Shown here: positions 58,823-64,000 of the stretch, piece after piece
Numbering within the stretch: position 1 is the first letter of the stretch
How the letters are laid out: each line of letters starts with the position of its first letter
Assembly (NCBI GenBank): GCA_015485355.1
Contig: WFTQ01000084.1
Location: forward strand, 10,104-74,103
From: a bacterium
GTDB taxonomy: Bacteria; Calditrichota; Calditrichia; RBG-13-44-9; J042
Direction: 5' to 3'
DNA: 64,000 nt
Position numbers and translations under genes: made by a program
Notes under the pieces: generated by a model
What the model was told of the DNA's origin: nothing
The model's input: only the letters and a program-made list of their open reading frames with translations
The model's database searches: none

Positions 58823-59440
58823 TCAAATCAATATGCGCTCCAGGCTCCCCTTACCTTCCCGTATCACTTCTATCTCCTCCCGTACTACTTTAATGATGGT
58901 GGATTCTTCGGCATCGGGTAAGGGACCGGCATCTAAAAACACTTCGGCTTGATGATGATACCGCTGCTCAATTTCCTGGGGATCGTTTAACAATTCGCCC
59001 TCTTCCAGGTTCACCGAGGTATTGGCCAGCGGGTATCCTAATGTGCGCACAATCTGAATCACCATGCGATTGTCCGGAATCCGTATGCCCACCTCTTTGC
59101 GCCGGGCCAGCATTAATTTAGGAATTTCCCGAGTCGCTTCCAGAATAACCGTATAGGGTCCCGGAAAACACCGTTTCAAAACCCGAAAAGCGAAGTTGGT
59201 GATACGGGCATACCGGGAGGCCTGCTGAATGGATTCACAAATCAAACTCATCGGTTCGAATTTGGTTTTGCCCTTTAACCGGTAAACGGCTTCCAGAGCC
59301 TGTTTCCTATACAAACTGCAGCCCACACCATAAACCGTATCGGTAGGGTAGATAATCAACTTGCCTTCACGAAGCGCTTCCACAGCCCTATTGATCGATC
59401 GTTGATGAGGGGAATCCACATAAACCTTAAATCGAATCAT
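58823..59440 (-). CDS. Sua5/YciO/YrdC family protein
   Basis: YPTDTVYG, PGPYT.IL, VGIRIPD; the YciO-like subfamily is likely. Confidence 0.9.
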   Translation of the reverse strand: MIRFKVYVDSPHQRSINRAVEALREGKLIIYPTDTVYGVGCSLYRKQALEAVYRLKGKTKFEPMSLICESIQQASRYARITNFAFRVLKRCFPGPYTVILEATREIPKLMLARRKEVGIRIPDNRMVIQIVRTLGYPLANTSVNLEEGELLNDPQEIEQRYHHQAEVFLDAGPLPDAEESTIIKVVREEIEVIREGKGSLERILI

Positions 59441-59942
59441 GTACGCCCAGCGCCTCCACCCAAAGTGTTAATAAAAAATAAGATAAAATACCCATCTGCG
59501 TTTTACAACTACTTATTCAGACGAAGAGGGCTCGGACGTGTTGATCCCTGGAACCGTTTGCGCCCCGGCGAGGGTCACGCCTTTCCCGGACCCACGTCCC
59601 CCCTTACCCGGGGAGTCATCGCCGAATGCCGGCGAAAGGACCATACCCGTTACGGGATTGGATCACCGAAAACCGGAGAGCACCCCGGGGGCAGGAGAAC
59701 GGGATCGCTGCGGTGCTTAAGGCCGCTATTTTGCCTCAAGCACTGGGGGCCTTCAGGTGGGGAAATCGGAATCAATCGCCATTGCCGCTGGAGTGACCGG
59801 CGGCCGGGCCAAGGGGCCGCAAAACCGGCTACCACCGGGAAAAGAACTTCGAGCAAACGCCGGAGGCCGTCTATGGGCAAACGAGCGCATCCTCCAACAG
59901 GATTCCATCGTAGAGGGGACGAGGATTAACTTTTCGGCGAGG

Positions 59943-61151
59943 TCAGGCGGTAATGCCCACGCCCGGCAGCACCTGGGCCCACAATTGATCCAGTTGTAAA
60001 TGTCGGCTCCCCGTCATCAATACTGTGGTTCGGGGTTCCAAGAACGGCTGCAGGGTGTCCGGCACTTCCCGGGGATCGCGACACACTTTAACAATTTTGT
60101 TGGTATGATTGATCTGGCGAATGCCTTCGGCAATAAATCGGGCTCCTTCCCCAACCGTAATGATGACATCGATCGGCAGGGCGGAAATATAATACCCCGC
60201 TTTCAAATGGGTTTCGGAAACCCGGGGACCCGGATCACTGATATCTCCGATCACCAGAACCAGAAGATTGGAGTACGGACGGAATTGAACCAGACTTTCG
60301 CAGACCTTGCTGACTGAATTCGTGGTGGTATCGTAGGTATAATCCAGGAAGAATATGTCCTGAGCGGTGATCAAATTTCCCCGGTGTTCCAGAACATTGA
60401 ATTTCTCTTCCAACACGTCCCGGATACTGGGAAATTCGATGCCCAGCACCCGGGCCGCCGCAATAGCAGCTAGGGCATTGTAAATAAATGCCGAACTATA
60501 CACATGAAGATGAAAACGGTAGAAATCGTTCAATAAAAATTCGATGCCCTCGGGTCCCAGGTAACGAATGTTGGAAGCATAGAAGTGGGCGTTGGTATTC
60601 AGTCCAAACTTGATGATCCGACGCGTGTGAGAAAACTTATCCATGGCACTGACCAGATCATCGTCCATATTCAAAATGGCAAAACCCTCCTCGGGCAAAT
60701 TCCGCACCAGCTCCACTTTGGCATCGGCAATCAAATATTTATCTCCCTGAGAAGCTAAATGGGCTTCGCCGATATTGGTTACAATGCCGATATTGGGTTC
60801 GGCTACACTCACCGCCAGTTCAAACTGTTGGGGATTGATGATCCCCAATTCCAGCAAAGCATATTGGTGGGTCTTGTTCAGTTTTAACAGGGTGGCGGTA
60901 ACGGCGGAAGCGGTCGAACAATCCAGTGGGGTTTCCAGCACATGGCCGAATTGAGACAAGATGGTGGCCAACATCCGCTTGGTGGTCGACTTGCCCTCTG
61001 TACCCGCAATGCCGATCACCGGGATATCGAACTGTTTACGGTGATCGAGAATCTTTCGCAGATTCAACAAAATGTAATCGGAAAGCTCCTCGTGGGTATC
61101 TAAGGAAATCTCATCGAAATAGAGCTTTTCAGGCGATTTACGCTGGGACAA
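59943..61151 (-). CDS. MurF-like ligase paralogue lacking the N-terminal domain
   Basis: GIAGTEGKSTT P-loop, TNIGEAHL, LNMDD, NALAAIAAA, VITVGE; TTG start after GAGGGAG. Confidence 0.8.
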   Translation of the reverse strand: MSQRKSPEKLYFDEISLDTHEELSDYILLNLRKILDHRKQFDIPVIGIAGTEGKSTTKRMLATILSQFGHVLETPLDCSTASAVTATLLKLNKTHQYALLELGIINPQQFELAVSVAEPNIGIVTNIGEAHLASQGDKYLIADAKVELVRNLPEEGFAILNMDDDLVSAMDKFSHTRRIIKFGLNTNAHFYASNIRYLGPEGIEFLLNDFYRFHLHVYSSAFIYNALAAIAAARVLGIEFPSIRDVLEEKFNVLEHRGNLITAQDIFFLDYTYDTTTNSVSKVCESLVQFRPYSNLLVLVIGDISDPGPRVSETHLKAGYYISALPIDVIITVGEGARFIAEGIRQINHTNKIVKVCRDPREVPDTLQPFLEPRTTVLMTGSRHLQLDQLWAQVLPGVGITA

Positions 61152-61668
61152 TTGACTTCTCCCTCGTTGGTTTCGGCATTATACGGTTTATGAGATCCAC
61201 AGTGTCTTGCATTATACACGCTGCACGGCTTCCGATTATGTCTTAAATCAAAAAACGGCAATCGGTTTAGATAACGTTTACGGTCAAATGCGCAATGGGT
61301 TCCCCCGTCTGCAAATGTCGTTGTCCCACACAGAAAAACGCCTTTCCTCAGGAAACCGAATTTAATCGTGAAAACGGAAAAAAGTAAAGCTTAGGGAAAT
61401 TCCGGCCCTTGTCCGATGATGTTTTCGGGAAAAATCCCATTCCAAAATCGGCATTTTCCGGAAAAAATTAATCATATTCTGGATTTTCCCGCAGAAACAA
61501 TGTTCGACCACCGGTGGGGAAATCCGCCGCCGATCTTCGAGGGGTGGGTGTGTTGGCCTCAGGCCCCCTCGAATCCACGGCCGAAGGATACCCTTCTTCC
61601 CTCACCGAAGCCCATTCTCCGGGCGGGGAGCCAAAGCCGAGGATCAGCTATGGAAGATTTTCCGGGTG

Positions 61669-62463
61669 TTAAATAAACTGAAGTTCGGGAATATATTCCA
61701 GTTGCCTGTAATAAAACAGATAATGGTAGTATTCTCTTAAATGTTGCCAGATGGTTTCGTCGGGATCATAACGGTAGAGCTTCTCCAGAACATCGGCGTA
61801 ATAGTCCCAATCATTCAAATGATGCTGGGCGTAGGCGCGGGCGATTTTAACCACATTTCTTAGTCCCAGCTCCCTGGTTTGCAGCAGGACTTCCAGCAGA
61901 TCGGTGGCTTGAAAATCTTTGCGCACCGCCAGCACGCCGTGAAGGAAGGACAGTCCCATTTTTTCGGACCAGTTTTCAATGAGATCCAATTTTGCATCGC
62001 TTTGCAGATCCACTTCCAACGCCTGATTGCCCGTATAGCAACAGGCCGGATAATCCGTCAGCGCCTGCTCTACTAAACCGGGTAACGGTACCGCCCGCCA
62101 GACCGGCTCGAGCTCATACATTTCGTTCAGTACCAGGCGGGCCAACACATGGTAGTGATTTCCCGGCCCCTGAAAGGCAATGGTTGTCAGTTCTCTCATG
62201 GCGCTGCGGAAAAAGAGCAGGCATACCTTTCCTTCGCTTTCGCTGAAGACGGCCAGCTCTTTCACCAGCCGCAGCTCCGAAGCATAACGGGCGTATTCCA
62301 GGGGAGAAATCCAGGCTACATCCAGGGTCCCCTGTAACAACTCCCGACAATTTTTCTCCAGGTCACCCCGCACCACCCGAAAGGGATGCTTGTAATGGGG
62401 ATCCTCCAGAAGAAACGTTACCGGTCGAAATATGAAGTCAGTTGTAATCCCCAACCGGTTCAT
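61669..62463 (-). CDS. MqnA/MqnD-like periplasmic-binding-fold protein (divergent)
   Basis: G.LDVAWISPLEY, LLF, GNQAL, LDL.ENW...GL.F; the MqnA SRTS motif is absent. Confidence 0.65.
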   Translation of the reverse strand: MNRLGITTDFIFRPVTFLLEDPHYKHPFRVVRGDLEKNCRELLQGTLDVAWISPLEYARYASELRLVKELAVFSESEGKVCLLFFRSAMRELTTIAFQGPGNHYHVLARLVLNEMYELEPVWRAVPLPGLVEQALTDYPACCYTGNQALEVDLQSDAKLDLIENWSEKMGLSFLHGVLAVRKDFQATDLLEVLLQTRELGLRNVVKIARAYAQHHLNDWDYYADVLEKLYRYDPDETIWQHLREYYHYLFYYRQLEYIPELQFI

Positions 62464-64000
62464 TTTGACGGCGACTCCAACGGCTCTCCTTCGATTCGTT
62501 CGGATTAAACGCCGGTAAAAACAGATAACAATCGGTACCCTTGTTCAATTCGCTCTCAAAATAGATGATCCCATCATTCTCTTTAATGATTTGATAAACG
62601 ATGGACAAGCCTAATCCGGTGCCGAAAGTTTTGGTCGTAAAAAACGGATTAAAAATTTGTTTTAAATTTTCCGGGGAAATGCCACAGCCATTGTCCTTTA
62701 TCAAAATCAACACATAAGGATGCTCGGTGATCCGGGCATGGAACGGTTTGCGGGAAAATCTCTCGGCCACTTTTTCTCCCGGTAGGATGCTGATCTGGAT
62801 CTCTCCATCCTTTTCGATGGCCTCGATGCTGTTTAAAATCAGGTTCATAAAAACCTGTTGAATCTGGGAGCTGTCCACGTAAATTTCCGGCAAATCGGGA
62901 TACAAGGACTCCGTTACCCGAATATTATGTTCCCGGAATTTTTGTTTCAGCAGGCCGATGACATCTCGCAGAATGGTTTCGATATTGCAGAATTGGCGAT
63001 TCGGTTTTTGAGGCTTGGCATAGGAGAACAGCGAGCGCAGCATCTCATCCAGCCGGTTGACCTGCCGAATGATACGCCGAACGTATTCGTTTTTCGGGTC
63101 GTCGGAATTCAATTCCTCTTCAAAAGTTTGAGCAATGGCCTTAATACCCGCCAGCGGGTTACGAATTTCATGCGCAATTCCCGAGGCCATCACCCCTAGG
63201 GAGGCCAGGCGCTCCATGCGCCGCATCTCTTCCTGAAGTTCCTTGCTGTAGGTAATATCTTTCAAAGAAATGATATAACCCGCGGTGCCGCCCTCTTCGT
63301 CCTTATAGTCGTGCACGGTAAACCCCACCAGCAGCTTTTCTCCATGCGAGTTGGTCAGCAGCAGCTCCGGTCGCTCAAAGGTGGTGGAGGACGGATGACG
63401 GGAGTTTAAAATGGTGCGAATGTTTTGGTCGTTCATCACATCGGTCAGGCGCTTGTACGTTACCGCTTCCGGAGCAATGCCCAGCAGATCCGAAGCCATT
63501 TTGTTGAGATAAAGAATACGCAACTCCTCGCTGATCACCAATATCCCAAAGTTTAGCTGGTTAATGATCCGATCCAGAAACTGGTAAGAAAATTTCCAGA
63601 CCCGGTTGTCCAGATTTTCGCGTACCTGAGATTTCAATCCTTCCAGGTAAAAGGCATATTCAAAAAGCTTCCCGAAGAATTGGATCACTCGATAATCGGC
63701 TTCCGAGAACGGTTGTTCATCGGTACGCAGAGTAAGCAACACTCCCCGGGTTTCGTTCTGAAATACAATGGGATAAGTAATAAAGGAGCGTACGTTGAGG
63801 TTTAAAATCGATCGTAAATAGACCAGCAAATTGTTTTCCCCGGTAACGCGGTTCAGGATGGTGGGTTGTTTCAGCCGTACGGCTTTGACCACCGTGGGCA
63901 GATCATCAATGCGCATCGTCCAGGGCTCATCGATGACCGATTCGGGATCGGCCGCCTGTAAGAAGAGTTCGTCATCGGTCAAACGTTGAAAAAAAAAGAG
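62438..64000 (-). CDS. GAF-PAS sensor histidine kinase (5' end beyond window)
   Basis: H-box AHEIRNPL, N-box QVFMNLILNS, DNGCGI, FNPFFTTK, GTGLGL; PAS and GAF upstream; frame stays open to the window edge. Confidence 0.93.
   Translation of the reverse strand, partial: LFFFQRLTDDELFLQAADPESVIDEPWTMRIDDLPTVVKAVRLKQPTILNRVTGENNLLVYLRSILNLNVRSFITYPIVFQNETRGVLLTLRTDEQPFSEADYRVIQFFGKLFEYAFYLEGLKSQVRENLDNRVWKFSYQFLDRIINQLNFGILVISEELRILYLNKMASDLLGIAPEAVTYKRLTDVMNDQNIRTILNSRHPSSTTFERPELLLTNSHGEKLLVGFTVHDYKDEEGGTAGYIISLKDITYSKELQEEMRRMERLASLGVMASGIAHEIRNPLAGIKAIAQTFEEELNSDDPKNEYVRRIIRQVNRLDEMLRSLFSYAKPQKPNRQFCNIETILRDVIGLLKQKFREHNIRVTESLYPDLPEIYVDSSQIQQVFMNLILNSIEAIEKDGEIQISILPGEKVAERFSRKPFHARITEHPYVLILIKDNGCGISPENLKQIFNPFFTTKTFGTGLGLSIVYQIIKENDGIIYFESELNKGTDCYLFLPAFNPNESKESRWSRRQNEPVGDYN

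Overview
Mostly core-genome window of a Gram-negative, roughly 50-55% GC bacterium. The gene content (carboxypeptidase-domain TonB receptor, UpxY, GWxTD, DUF5683, MqnA-like) suggests an FCB-related lineage such as Calditrichota/KSB1; this is inference. It holds glgC, recG, lolCD, lysS, thiI, a complete pstSCAB-phoU operon with a Pho-box-like repeat, purU, two tRNA-Pro genes, the rimP-nusA-L7Ae-infB-DUF503-rbfA-truB-ribF-rpsO-pnp cluster, rpmB, rimO and ftsY. I saw no CRISPR array, transposase or prophage. The ORF track misses two real genes: tatA (55 aa) and a SelW/Rdx-family selenoprotein with an in-frame UGA (CxxU) and a SECIS-like hairpin. The most unusual signal is a set of intact but motif-altered paralogues of housekeeping proteins. 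These are a DnaA lacking its arginine finger and sensor II and with no dnaN nearby, an N-terminally truncated MurF-like protein, an MqnA-like protein overlapping a GAF-PAS kinase gene, and an Ald-like protein lacking its catalytic Lys/His. Also notable are an orphan UpxY antiterminator and a long attenuator-like leader before the TonB receptor. All motif comparisons were made by eye against remembered family consensus and need alignment to confirm.
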